A DNA stretch of 64,000 nucleotides from positions 32,001 through 96,000 of the forward strand of contig CAVRGP010000013.1 of NCBI GenBank assembly GCA_963720755.1. Direction: 5' to 3'. The notes under the pieces are model-generated. The model worked only from the letters and a program-made list of their open reading frames with translations, made no database searches and was not told the DNA's origin. Every line of letters starts with the position of its first letter. Positions within the stretch are counted from its first letter, which is position 1. Below are positions 16,653 through 26,932 of this stretch, piece after piece. The translations under genes and the position numbers were made by a program. This stretch comes from an uncultured Chloroflexia bacterium. Its GTDB lineage: Bacteria; Chloroflexota; Limnocylindria; Limnocylindrales; CSP1-4.

Positions 16653-18230
16653 CTACTCGCCACGCGCGAGATCGGCCAGGAGCGGTTCCTCGGTCAGCGG
16701 CCCACCGAGGAACGTCTCGAGCAGGACGGCCGGCGACTTCGACGCTCCGGCCACGAACAGACCGTCCGCCACGAACCGGTACCAGCCGGGGTCACCGTCG
16801 AACCACTCGCCGCGGATCGTGGAGATCCGTTCCCGGACCGCGGCCGCCATGATCGCCGACAGCGCGTAATTGGCGAGGTACCCCGGTCCGTCGATGAGCT
16901 GGCCGCGGAGCGCCCACCACGACCACTCGGGATGCGGCTCGACCCCCAGTCCGTCCGCCGTCACCTCGGTCCAGACGTCGTTCGGCCGGCGGTCCGGATG
17001 GCGATGGACCTCGATCTCGAAGAGCGCCCAGCACACGTCGAGCATGACCGACACGTAGCGGCTGAGCATCGCATCGCGAACCTCGGCCGACGATCCCAGC
17101 CAGCGGGTCTGCCAGGCGGGTTCGTCGGCATCCCAGCCCAGGACGTCCGCCGTGCCCTCGAGGAAGGCCGCGCTCGACTCCGGGAAGTCGAGGTACGCGG
17201 GACGCGTCCGGATGGCCGCCATGTGGATGGCGTGGCCGCTCTCGTGGAGCAGCTCGAGCAGGTTGCCGACCCCACCCTCGGCGTAGGTCGCGAACACCCA
17301 GGGCGGGCGCGGCGTCCAGGCACCCGGGCGTTGCGCCGGCGTATCGTCCGCGCCCATGCCAAGGGTGAAGGCGACCGGGATCAGCGGCCGACCCGGCCGG
17401 GGGAGGACGTCGTACCGGATGCCCGACGCCACCGGATCCGCGCCGAGCGACGCCAGGTAGGCCCGGTTCAGGTCCAGGAGTCGACCGGAGGGCACGAGCC
17501 CGTCGAGCTTCCGGGCCGCGGCACCCGCGACGTAGCGAAGATCCCACGGCTCGACCCGGGCAGGCCCCAGGACCCTCCGCCACGCTGCCAGGATCCTCCA
17601 GAGCATGGGCTCGAGCGAACCGGCGGGCAGGCCGAGGGCGATCGCATTGGCCTCGATCGGCGAACCGTGAACGGCCCAGCGCGAGGCGCTTGCCCGGACC
17701 AGGCGACGATATGGGCTCGACTCCCCGCCGTCCCCATCGACCGTCCGCCAGACCGGATCCATGGCTTCGAACAGGGCCCGCCGCCGGGCTCGATCGGGTT
17801 CCGTCGCCAGCCGGGCCAGGACCGTCGGCCGGTCCACCGTTCCTGCGTCGATCCGGATCGCGTCCGCGGCTCGCCCATAGCGGTCGAACAGCCTGGCCCG
17901 CGCTCGGGCGGTCGCGGGCTCCTCGTCCGTCGTCCCGCCTTCGACCTGTCGTGCCCCCGGCGTCGGCTCGAGTTCGTCGGCCCACGGCAGGGTCGCCCGC
18001 ATGTTGGCGACCGCACGTGCGTCCTCCGTCGCGAGCTCCGATCCGGCGCTTCCCGCCAGGGCGTCGAGGATCGAGTCGAACGCCCGCCGGCGGGCCCGAT
18101 ACCGTCGCGCCAGGGTCGTCGTCGAACCCGCCCCGGGGTCGGCCGGCTCTCCCCGGCTGCGCGCGACGACGAGGTCGCCCAGGGCGGCCAGCAGGGATGC
18201 GTACGACCGTTCAACCGCCTCGACGTCCAT
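16653..18230 (-). CDS. Gluzincin metallopeptidase (M3/M2-like)
   Basis: LLHESGH, downstream FLEG third ligand, YLANY. Confidence 0.75.
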   Translation of the reverse strand: MDVEAVERSYASLLAALGDLVVARSRGEPADPGAGSTTTLARRYRARRRAFDSILDALAGSAGSELATEDARAVANMRATLPWADELEPTPGARQVEGGTTDEEPATARARARLFDRYGRAADAIRIDAGTVDRPTVLARLATEPDRARRRALFEAMDPVWRTVDGDGGESSPYRRLVRASASRWAVHGSPIEANAIALGLPAGSLEPMLWRILAAWRRVLGPARVEPWDLRYVAGAAARKLDGLVPSGRLLDLNRAYLASLGADPVASGIRYDVLPRPGRPLIPVAFTLGMGADDTPAQRPGAWTPRPPWVFATYAEGGVGNLLELLHESGHAIHMAAIRTRPAYLDFPESSAAFLEGTADVLGWDADEPAWQTRWLGSSAEVRDAMLSRYVSVMLDVCWALFEIEVHRHPDRRPNDVWTEVTADGLGVEPHPEWSWWALRGQLIDGPGYLANYALSAIMAAAVRERISTIRGEWFDGDPGWYRFVADGLFVAGASKSPAVLLETFLGGPLTEEPLLADLARGE

Positions 18231-18292
18231 CGAGGCCGAGGATACGCGTCGCGGCCACGGCAGATCGGCCGCCGTGCTGGCACCATGCATGG

Positions 18293-19886
18293 ATGCACAT
18301 CCAGTTTCTCGGGGGCGCCACGACAGTCACGGGTTCGCAATACCTGCTGGTGACCGGCCAGGCGCGGATCCTGGTCGACTGCGGGATGTTCCAGGGCAGC
18401 CCCAATGAATCGATCCGCAACCGGGTCCCGTTCGCATTCGAGCCGAACGATCTCGATGCCGTCCTGCTGACCCATGCCCACCTCGATCACTGCGGCCTGC
18501 TGCCGCTGCTGGTGAAGGCCGGGTATCAAGGACCGATCTACGCGACCGGGCGGGACGGTCGAACTGGCCGGCCTCGTCCTCCTCGACTCGGGCAAGCTCC
18601 ACGAGGAGTTCGCCAAGCGCGAGGCGCGCTGGGAGAAGCGGCACCCCGACAAGGTCGAAGCGGACGACCGGGCGGAGGCGGCACGGTACGAGGCGGCGGT
18701 CGAGCTGGCGGCGGCGGGCGAGGGCGCTGAGCACGTGGCCACGACCGTCGAGGCGACGGCGGATGGTTGGCCGTCGGACCCCGAGGCGCAGCTTCGCGCC
18801 CAGCCCCCGGATCTCGCCGTCGACCTCGACGCGCCGCTCTACACGGCCAAGGACGCGGAGCGGGCGCTCGGGTCGTTCCAGCCCGTCCGGTACGGCGACG
18901 AGATCGAGGTCGCACCGGGGATCCACGCGACGTTCGTCGACGCCGGGCACATCCTCGGCTCGGCGATCATCAGGGTCCGGGTCCAGGACACCGAGGGTGG
19001 TGACGAGCGGATCATCGTCTTCTCCGGTGACCTCGGCCGGCCGGGGACGCCGATCCTGCGCGATCCGACCCCGATGACCGGCGCCGACTACGTGCTGGTC
19101 GAGACCACCTATGGCGGCCGTGAGCACGAGCCGGCGGCCGAGTCGGTCCGGCTCCTCGCCGAGACGGTCAGGATGGTCGCCGATGCGGGTGGCGTCCTGC
19201 TCATCCCGTCGTTCGCGATCGGACGCACCCAGGAGGTCGTCTGGGAGCTCGACCGGCTCATCGAGCGCGGCGAGATCCCACTGCTGCCGCTGTACCTCAA
19301 TTCACCGATGGCATCGAAGGCGTCGGACATCTACCGCCACCATCCGGACTACTACGACGAGGAAACGGCCAGGCTGCTGCGCGACGGCGCGACGCCGCTC
19401 GACTACCCGAACCAGACGGTCACGAACGACGTGCGCGCCTCGCAGGCGATCGAGCAGGCCCCGCGGCCGTACATGATCGTCGCCAGCAACGGGATGCTCA
19501 CCGGGGGCCGGATCGTCAACCATCTGCGCCGAGTCATCGACGATCCCGATGCCACGATCCTGTTCGTCGGCTACCAGGGTCAGGGGACATTGGGAGCGCA
19601 CCTCCAGGCCGGGGCACAGACCGTGAAGCTGGACGGTCAGGTCCGACAGGTCCGCTGCAAGATTCGGTCCATCAGCGGTTTCTCGGCGCACGCCGATGAA
19701 CACGAACTCCTCGACTGGCTGAGTCACATGATCGGAGACCGGCGCCCCGGCGAGCCGGGCTACCCGCGCCGGGTCTTCCTGGTCCACGGCGATCCCGAAG
19801 CGCAGATCGCGATCGAGCCCAAGATCCGGGCGCTGGGCTTCGCGACCCACATCCCCCACTGGCACGAGGAGATCGCGCTTGATTGA
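18293..19886 (+). pseudogene. MBL-fold beta-CASP nuclease with +1 frameshift near 18550 (pseudogene or sequencing error)
   Basis: FLGGATTVTGS, LTHAHLDHCG in one frame; TVELAGLVLLDSG, AGHILGS, FSGDLG, SGFSAHAD, LVHGD in the next frame. Confidence 0.8.
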
Positions 19887-20742
19887 CCGCATCGTGGCCG
19901 TGCCAGGCTGGCTCGCCCACGCCGTGCGCCGGGTCCTGGGCGGGTCGACGCGAGCCACCTGGGTGGTGGTCGCGGTGCTCGTGCTCATGTCGTTGATCCC
20001 GACGATCGCCATCGGATCGAGCCAGCGACCGACCGATCTCACCTTCGACGACGTGCGCACCCAGCAGATCCCGGCCAATACGACCTGGGTCCGGCTCGAG
20101 GGCGAGTTGGTCGCGGTCGACAACGCGAACGGGTCCGTCTATCACCTGTACGCCGCGGGCGATGAGGAGCACTACATCATCGTGACCGCCCCGGTCCCGC
20201 TGGAGGTCGGCCATGTCGTCATGACCGGGCACCTCGAGCTCGGCGCGCAGGGGGCGGGCACCATCGGGTTCCTCGATGCCGACGTGCCGGCCGTGCCGCG
20301 ACGCGACGAGCCGTTCCAGCTGATCCTCCTGCCGGCGATCATCGCCATCGTCATCGCGATCGGGATGCAGCTCGGCTATCCGGTGATCCGGCGGGACCGG
20401 CGACCACGTTCGGAGGTGGCCCCGCTGCCGACGGACGGGACGCTCCCGGCCGGGTGGAGCGGTCGGATCGAGAGTCAGGTCGTTGCCCATGGCCAGCCGA
20501 TCGACTGCGCCGTCTCGATCGCGCCCGACCCGAAGCTGCCCGACGTGTCCGACCTCGCACTCAGGGCGCCCGGGGCCAGCTGGACGATCCGGCTCCGCCG
20601 GTCTGCGCCGACCAGGTCGGTCCGGTCGTGCCGGCTGAGCGGCTCCAGGTCGGGCGTGGAGATCCATGCCCAGACGGCTGACATCGTCCTTGTCTTCGCC
20701 GATCCCGCCACCCGCGATCGGCTCGTCGCGACCCTCCGGTAG
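19879..20742 (+). CDS. Hypothetical two-TM membrane protein
   Basis: Overlaps nuclease stop; two hydrophobic helices flanking a beta-rich domain. Confidence 0.7.
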   Translation: MIDRIVAVPGWLAHAVRRVLGGSTRATWVVVAVLVLMSLIPTIAIGSSQRPTDLTFDDVRTQQIPANTTWVRLEGELVAVDNANGSVYHLYAAGDEEHYIIVTAPVPLEVGHVVMTGHLELGAQGAGTIGFLDADVPAVPRRDEPFQLILLPAIIAIVIAIGMQLGYPVIRRDRRPRSEVAPLPTDGTLPAGWSGRIESQVVAHGQPIDCAVSIAPDPKLPDVSDLALRAPGASWTIRLRRSAPTRSVRSCRLSGSRSGVEIHAQTADIVLVFADPATRDRLVATLR

Positions 20743-20781
20743 GGTCGTCAAGCAAGTCCCGGAGGCCGACGATCCCGGCGA

Positions 20782-20836
20782 TGCCCTGTCGCGGCTGGTG
20801 GGACTCGAGGGGCCATCAGGCGCGACATCGAGGGCA
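20782..20836. other. Long intergenic stem-loop
   Basis: TGCCCT/AGGGCA, GTCGCG/CGCGAC, CTGGTGG/CCATCAG nested arms. Confidence 0.5.
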
Positions 20837-20957
20837 ATAGGATCCCCATCCCGGACCATCCGAGCGTGGTCTCCCGGTCTCGCTCCGATCTCGCCGTTTC
20901 CCGTCGCCAGCGGGTACGCTGCCCATGATCACCATGGCACCGACGCGAGGCACACCG

Positions 20958-22523
20958 ATGCGACCATCCCTGAACATCCTCGACGAGGATCTCATCGCCC
21001 GGATCGTTGACGAGGCGAAGCGGGTCCTGGCCGAGGTCGGGATGGAGATCCGGGGCAAGGAGATGCGGCGCCGGCTCCTGGAGCACGGCCTGCCGCTGGA
21101 CTCGACCGGCGATCGCGTCCTGTTCCCACGTGACGTCGTCGAAGCGGCGATCGCGTCGGCCCCCGGTTCGTTCCTGCTGTACGACCGCGACGGTGCGGCT
21201 CATGCGGATATCGGTGGCGACCGGGTCCACTTCGTGCCCGGGTCGTCCGGGCTCAAGGTGCTGGACCATCGGACCGGGGAGACCCGGCTGGCCGACTCGA
21301 CCGATTTCGTGGAGTACGTGCGCCTGGCCGATGGCCTCGCCAACATCCCATACCTGGCCACGGCGTTCTCGACCAACGACGACATCGAGCCCGGCGTTTC
21401 GGACGCCTGGCGGCTGTACATGACCCTGACGAACTCGAAGAAACCCGTCGTCTCCGGGGCCTTCACCGAGCACGGCGTCCCGCGGATGGTCGAGATGATG
21501 CAACTCTTCCGCCAGGACCGGGCCGATCTCATCGCCCGCCCCATGTCGATCTTCACCATCACCGCGACCGGGAACTTCCGGTACAGCGAGGACTCCTGCC
21601 AGAACCTGATCGACTGCGTCGAGGCCGGCATCGCCGTGGAGATCGTCCCGGTGACCCTGATGGGCCTGATCGCACCGGTCACCGTCGTCGGCGCGACCGT
21701 GTTCCACACGGCGGACGTGCTCGCCGGGATCACCATGGCCCAGGTCATCCGGCCCGGCGCGCCCGTCCTGTTCGGTGGGGCGCCGGCCACGTTCCACATG
21801 AAGATCGCGAGCTCGCCGATGTCGGCCATCGAGGCGCTCCAGCTGGACGCCGCCTACGTCGCCGTGGCCAAGTCCCTGGGGCTGCCGACCCAGTCGTACA
21901 TGGCCCTGTCGGATGGGCCGATCCTCGACGCCCAGGCCGGCGCCGAGACGTTCGGGAGCGCACTGATCGCGGCACTCGCCGGGGTCAACTCGGTGTCAGG
22001 CCCGGGGATGCTCGATTTCCTGCTCGTGTTCAGCCTGCCCAAGCTGGTCTTCGACGATGAGATGTGCGGGCAGGCCCTGCGCTTCATCCGCGAGGTCCGG
22101 CCGGTGGACGATCTCCCGGTCGATGCCCTGGTCGACCAGCTGCTGGCCGATCAACACCTGATCATGGCCGACCACACGACCGCCAACTGGCCGACCGAGC
22201 TGTACCTGCCGTCCGCGGTGGTCGATCGCGACAACCGCGAAGCGTGGCTGAAGCAGGGCGGCAAGGACACCTATCAGCGTGCCTGTGACGAAGTCGATCG
22301 GCGGTTGGCCGCCTACCATCAGGTGGAGACGGACCCGGTCGCCGAAGCCGAACTTCGCCGGATCATCAGCGCCGGGCTGGTGAGCCAGGAGCGCCTGCCG
22401 GAGATCCCGGTCGCGCCCGAGCCCGTCGTCGCCAGCGGGCCAGGCAGTGCGGGCCGCCGCCACAATCGCCGGCGCGAACTCGCCGGTCGCGGACCGGTCA
22501 CGCCGGCGGAGTCCGTCCCATGA
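20958..22523 (+). CDS. Trimethylamine methyltransferase family protein (non-pyrrolysine MttB/MtgB-like)
   Basis: [48 protein letters not shown]; no in-frame amber. Confidence 0.88.
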   Translation: MRPSLNILDEDLIARIVDEAKRVLAEVGMEIRGKEMRRRLLEHGLPLDSTGDRVLFPRDVVEAAIASAPGSFLLYDRDGAAHADIGGDRVHFVPGSSGLKVLDHRTGETRLADSTDFVEYVRLADGLANIPYLATAFSTNDDIEPGVSDAWRLYMTLTNSKKPVVSGAFTEHGVPRMVEMMQLFRQDRADLIARPMSIFTITATGNFRYSEDSCQNLIDCVEAGIAVEIVPVTLMGLIAPVTVVGATVFHTADVLAGITMAQVIRPGAPVLFGGAPATFHMKIASSPMSAIEALQLDAAYVAVAKSLGLPTQSYMALSDGPILDAQAGAETFGSALIAALAGVNSVSGPGMLDFLLVFSLPKLVFDDEMCGQALRFIREVRPVDDLPVDALVDQLLADQHLIMADHTTANWPTELYLPSAVVDRDNREAWLKQGGKDTYQRACDEVDRRLAAYHQVETDPVAEAELRRIISAGLVSQERLPEIPVAPEPVVASGPGSAGRRHNRRRELAGRGPVTPAESVP

Positions 22524-22587
22524 CCAGACCATCCATCGACGAGTAGACGTCCGTTCAGACGAGCCAAGCCCGCACCAGGAGTCGATC

Positions 22588-23910
22588 GTGATCGCAGCCT
22601 CCCCACTGACCGCCGAAGAGATCGCCGCCGTCCGGAAGCCGTACCGCGCAGCCTCGCTGCTGCCCCGCCGGGCCTATCACGACGCCGACGTCAACGAGTT
22701 CGAGCGCACCGAGTGGCTGCGTCGCGATTGGGTGATCGTCGGCCGCGAGGAGGACGCGGCGGCCTCGGGCACGTATTTCCTGGCCACCGTCGACGACGAA
22801 CCGCTGATCATCGTCCGCGGCCGCGACGAGGTCCTGCGCGCCTTCTACAACGTCTGTCGCCATCGCGGGACGGCGGTCGTGGAAGAGCCGTGCGGCAAGG
22901 CCGTCCGCTTCCAGTGCCCGTACCACGCCTGGATCTACGACCTCGACGGATCGCTCATCCGGGCCAAGCACACCGATGACCTCGAGGACTTCAGCTTCGA
23001 GGGGTACGGGCTCGTCGAGATCAAGGTCGCGACCTGGCAGGGGTTCGTCTTCGTCAGCCTCGATCCCGAGGTCGGCCCGCTCATCGAATGGCTCGACGAT
23101 CTCGTGCCGCACCTGGACCGGTTCGACTTCGCCAGCCTCCGCGTCGCCCATACGGAGACCTACGAGGTCGACGCCAACTGGAAGTTCATCGCCGAGAACT
23201 ACAGCGAGTGCTACCACTGCCCGGGCATCCACCCGCAACTCAACAAGCTGACGCCGTACGACCTGGGCGGCGACTACTCGCCGAGCGGGCCGTGGCAGGG
23301 TGGCTGGATGGAACTTGTCGACGATGCGGAGACGATGGGGCTCGATGGCGGCCATCGAGGCGGGCGGCCCGCGATGGCCGGGATGACCGCCATCGACGAG
23401 CGGCGGATCGACTACTACCTGCTGTGGCCGACCACGTTCCTGTCGATCCACCCGGACTACCTGCTGGTCCATCGTCTCGAACCGGCCGGTCCGGGCCATA
23501 CCCGGGTCATCTGCCAGTGGCTGTTCGAACCGGCGACGATCGCGGCGCCGGATTTCGACCCGTCCGACGCCGTCGGGTTCTGGGACCTGACCAATCGCCA
23601 GGACTGGCGCGTCTGTGAACTCCAGCAGGTCGGCACGCGGTCGCGCAGCTGGACGGCCGGGCGATATTCGAACCAGGAGCCGAGCGTCCACGCGTTCGAC
23701 CTGATGTGCGTCGATCGATACGCCGCCGACGGGATCGGGACCGAGCGGACCGTCCGCAGCCGGTACGACATCCCGCCGCCCCTCGAGGTGGAGGACCACG
23801 GCCAACCGGAACATGGTGCGGTCCCCGCGATGCGGCTGCCCCGCGATACCGAGTCCACCAGCCGGCGAACGGGGTCTCGCGCGACCGCCAACACGCGGGC
23901 CGAGACCTAG
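22588..23910 (+). CDS. Rieske non-heme iron oxygenase alpha subunit (GbcA/choline monooxygenase-like)
   Basis: NVCRHRG, CPYHAWIY, NWKFIAENYSECYHC..IHP, QDWRVCE. Confidence 0.9.
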   Translation: MIAASPLTAEEIAAVRKPYRAASLLPRRAYHDADVNEFERTEWLRRDWVIVGREEDAAASGTYFLATVDDEPLIIVRGRDEVLRAFYNVCRHRGTAVVEEPCGKAVRFQCPYHAWIYDLDGSLIRAKHTDDLEDFSFEGYGLVEIKVATWQGFVFVSLDPEVGPLIEWLDDLVPHLDRFDFASLRVAHTETYEVDANWKFIAENYSECYHCPGIHPQLNKLTPYDLGGDYSPSGPWQGGWMELVDDAETMGLDGGHRGGRPAMAGMTAIDERRIDYYLLWPTTFLSIHPDYLLVHRLEPAGPGHTRVICQWLFEPATIAAPDFDPSDAVGFWDLTNRQDWRVCELQQVGTRSRSWTAGRYSNQEPSVHAFDLMCVDRYAADGIGTERTVRSRYDIPPPLEVEDHGQPEHGAVPAMRLPRDTESTSRRTGSRATANTRAET

Positions 23911-23931
23911 GTCCGCCGGCGGTCCTCGACC

Positions 23932-24750
23932 CTAGGTTGCCTCGTCGTCCTCGGCGACCACCCGCTGCTCGGAACCTTCGCGGAACGACCCGACGCGCCA
24001 GGCGATCAGGATGGCCACCGCGGTCACCGTCACGATGATCGTCGAGATCGCGTTGATCTCCGGGGTGATCCCGAATCGGATCTTGCCGTAGATGAACAAC
24101 GGCAGCGTGGATGAACCGACGCCGGCGTTGAACGTGGTCACGACGTAGTCGTCGAAGGACAGGGCGAACGCCAGGAGTGCCCCGGCCCAGATCGCCGGTG
24201 CGACGAGCGGCAGGGTCACGAACCGGAACGCCCCAAGGGCCGAAGCCCCCAGGTCACGCGCGGCCTCTTCGAGGTGGGGGTCCATGTTCACGGCTCGCGC
24301 CCGGACGATGACCGCCACGTAGCTGATGCAGAACGTGATGTGGGCCAGGGCGAGCTGGGTGAACGACCCTCGCCCGCCGATCACGGCGAAGAAGAAGATC
24401 AGCAGGCTGAGACCCATGATGATCTCGGGCGTCACCATCGGGAGCAGGAGCAGCGTTTCCGTCGCGGCCCGGCCGCGGAACCGCAGCCGAGCCAGGGCCA
24501 GGCCGAAGACGGTCCCGAGGATCGTGGCCCCCACGACGGTGACCGCGGCGAGCCGCATCGTCACCGAGACCGCTTCGAGCAGCCGCTGGTTGTCGAACAG
24601 GACCGGATACCAGTCGAGCGTGAACCCCTCCCAGCTGAAGCTGAACTCGGAGGTATTGAACGAGAAGATGATGAGGATGACGATCGGCGCGAACAGAAAC
24701 AGGTAGACGAGGAGGGCGTACGCCGACAGCCACCGGTTCCGGCTGGTCAT
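23932..24750 (-). CDS. potC: Polyamine ABC transporter permease (PotC-like)
   Basis: FLFAPI..FSFN, LEEAARDLGA, FALSFDD, PEINAIST. Confidence 0.88.
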   Translation of the reverse strand: MTSRNRWLSAYALLVYLFLFAPIVILIIFSFNTSEFSFSWEGFTLDWYPVLFDNQRLLEAVSVTMRLAAVTVVGATILGTVFGLALARLRFRGRAATETLLLLPMVTPEIIMGLSLLIFFFAVIGGRGSFTQLALAHITFCISYVAVIVRARAVNMDPHLEEAARDLGASALGAFRFVTLPLVAPAIWAGALLAFALSFDDYVVTTFNAGVGSSTLPLFIYGKIRFGITPEINAISTIIVTVTAVAILIAWRVGSFREGSEQRVVAEDDEAT

Positions 24751-24775
24751 CGGGTGGCTCGCGCTGCCGCGCCGA

Positions 24776-25651
24776 TCACGTCCCCGCCACCTCGCGACGC
24801 AGTGGGCCGAGCGCGAGGACCGTGCCGCCGAGGGTGAACAGCATGACCAGGAAGCCGAGAGCGGCCCCGTACGGCCAATCCCGACCCTGGAGGAACAGTT
24901 CCTGGATGATCTTGGCGATCGTGGTCGTCTCCGGCCCACCCAGGATGTCCGGCGTGACGAAGTCGCCCAGGGCGGGGATGAAGGTCAGGATGGAGGCGGC
25001 GATGATCCCCGGCATGGTCAGCGGCAAGGTGACGTGCCGGAACGCGGCCCGACCACTTGCGTACAGGTCCCTGGCGGCGGGGACGAGGGCCGGATCGAGA
25101 CGGTCGATCGAGACATACAGCGGCAGGATGGCGAACGGCAGGAACCCGTACGTCATCCCGACGATGACCGAGAAATCGGTGTTCAGCAGGATGATCGGCT
25201 CGGAGGTCAGACCGAGCGACTGGAGGACCGAGTTGATGACGCCGTTGTCGCTCAGGATGGTCATCCAGGCGTACGTGCGGATGAGATAGCTCGTCCAGAA
25301 CGGGAGCATGACGATGATCAGCAGGAGCGTCTTGTTCCGGCCCCCGTAGCGACTGATCCAGTAGGCGATCGGGTAGCCGATCAGCAGGCACAGCACTGTC
25401 GTGGCAAGCGCGAACCGGATGGAGTTCCAGAAGGTCGGCAGGAACACCGGGTCGAACGCGCGGGCGTAGTTGTCGAGCGAGATCCGGTCGAACACGATCG
25501 AATCCGCCTCGCCCCGCGACCCGAGGCTGACGACGAACATCATCAGCAGCGGGACGAGGAAGAAGATGACCAGCCAGGCGACGCCGGGCAGGAGCATCAC
25601 GCTCGCTGCCAGCCGCCTGATGAGCGACGGACGCGGGGTCGTCTCGGTCAC
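24776..25651 (-). CDS. potB: Polyamine ABC transporter permease (PotB-like)
   Basis: LPFWTSYLIRTYAW, LPFAILPLY, FIPALGDFVTPDILGG, DWPYGAAL. Confidence 0.9.
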   Translation of the reverse strand: MTETTPRPSLIRRLAASVMLLPGVAWLVIFFLVPLLMMFVVSLGSRGEADSIVFDRISLDNYARAFDPVFLPTFWNSIRFALATTVLCLLIGYPIAYWISRYGGRNKTLLLIIVMLPFWTSYLIRTYAWMTILSDNGVINSVLQSLGLTSEPIILLNTDFSVIVGMTYGFLPFAILPLYVSIDRLDPALVPAARDLYASGRAAFRHVTLPLTMPGIIAASILTFIPALGDFVTPDILGGPETTTIAKIIQELFLQGRDWPYGAALGFLVMLFTLGGTVLALGPLRREVAGT

Positions 25652-25690
25652 GGTTCCGCCCAGGACTCCGGGGATCCGACGTCGTCCTCG

Positions 25691-26932
25691 CTAGCGGCCG
25701 AGCTGATGCCAGCGCTGCAGGTATTCATCCCGCACCGCCGGACCCAGGTCGAGGAGTTCCTGGAGCTTGGCGACCAGCTCCTGGTCCGGGTTCAGGGTCG
25801 GATCGTTGAGGATCTCCGGGAGGATGAACTCCTTGGCCGCGGCATTCGGACCCATGTAGTAGATGTAGTTCGTGTTGTCGGCGGCGACGTGCGCGTCGAG
25901 CATGTGGTTGATGAACAGATGGGCCGCGATCGGGTGCTTTGCGCCCGAGAAGACGGCCATCGTGTCGGAGCCCTTGACCCCGCCTTCCGAAGGGATGTAG
26001 TAGCGGGCCTTCTTGACCCGCTTCTGGATCCGGTAGAGGTCGGCGCCCCAGATCTGGCCGATCCACACATCGCCGCTGGTCATCATCCGTCGGGTGTTCG
26101 TGTCGTACGTTCGGACCAGCGGTCGCTGGCGGTCGAGCAGCTGGTAGGCCTGGTCGATCTCTGCCGGATCGGTGGTGTTGGCGTTCAGGCCCAACTGGAT
26201 GAGCGCCAGGCCGAAGACCTCCTGCCAGTCATCGAGCATCCCGATGTGCTTGGCGAACCGCTGGTCCCACAGCGATGTGCTGCTCGTCAGGGTCTCGGGG
26301 ATCTTGGCCTGGTCGTAGGCGATCCCGGTCGTCCACCACATGTACGGCACGGAATGCGCGTTGCCCGGGTCGTACAGCGGATCCATCCACTCCGCCCCGA
26401 GGTTGACGATGTTCGGGATGAGCGACTTGTCGAGCTCGACGACCGCTCCCTTCGCCACCAGGGCGGGGATATCGACGCCCGTCGGGAACGACACGTCGTA
26501 GCCGCCACCATCGTTGCCCAGCTTGGCGTACGCCTCATCGAGGTTCCCGAAGAAGTCGTAGGTGACCTTGACCCCGTACTTCTCCTCGAACGACGGGATG
26601 GCGTTCTCGTCGATGTACTCGGTCCAGTTGTAGATGAACAGCTCGGACTCGGGCGTCGGGACAGGGGTCGGAGCCGGCGTGTCGGTCGCGACGGCTGCCG
26701 CCGAGCCGGCTGCGGTCGGTGAAGGAACGGCAGGGGCCGTCGTGTTCGTGGCGATCGGGGCGGCGGATCCGGCGGCACTCGAGCACGCTGCGATCACCGG
26801 GGCCAGTGCCGCCGCGGCGCCGACCTTGGCGATCAATTCGAGCATGTCTCGTCGGGTCAGGCGCCGCTCGACCATGTACCGGGTGAGCTGCTTCTCGAGG
26901 TCGATGGACGATCCGTCGTGGCGATCGGTCAT
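25691..26932 (-). CDS. potD: Polyamine ABC substrate-binding lipoprotein (PotD/PotF-like, Tat signal)
   Basis: TRRDML + IAAC; YNWTEYID, YDPGNAHSVPYMWWTTGIAY, IPSEG. Confidence 0.9.
   Translation of the reverse strand: MTDRHDGSSIDLEKQLTRYMVERRLTRRDMLELIAKVGAAAALAPVIAACSSAAGSAAPIATNTTAPAVPSPTAAGSAAAVATDTPAPTPVPTPESELFIYNWTEYIDENAIPSFEEKYGVKVTYDFFGNLDEAYAKLGNDGGGYDVSFPTGVDIPALVAKGAVVELDKSLIPNIVNLGAEWMDPLYDPGNAHSVPYMWWTTGIAYDQAKIPETLTSSTSLWDQRFAKHIGMLDDWQEVFGLALIQLGLNANTTDPAEIDQAYQLLDRQRPLVRTYDTNTRRMMTSGDVWIGQIWGADLYRIQKRVKKARYYIPSEGGVKGSDTMAVFSGAKHPIAAHLFINHMLDAHVAADNTNYIYYMGPNAAAKEFILPEILNDPTLNPDQELVAKLQELLDLGPAVRDEYLQRWHQLGR

Noticed and set aside
20958-22523. Pyrrolysine recoding in mttB
   Set aside because: ORF is uninterrupted, with no in-frame TAG and no pyl genes
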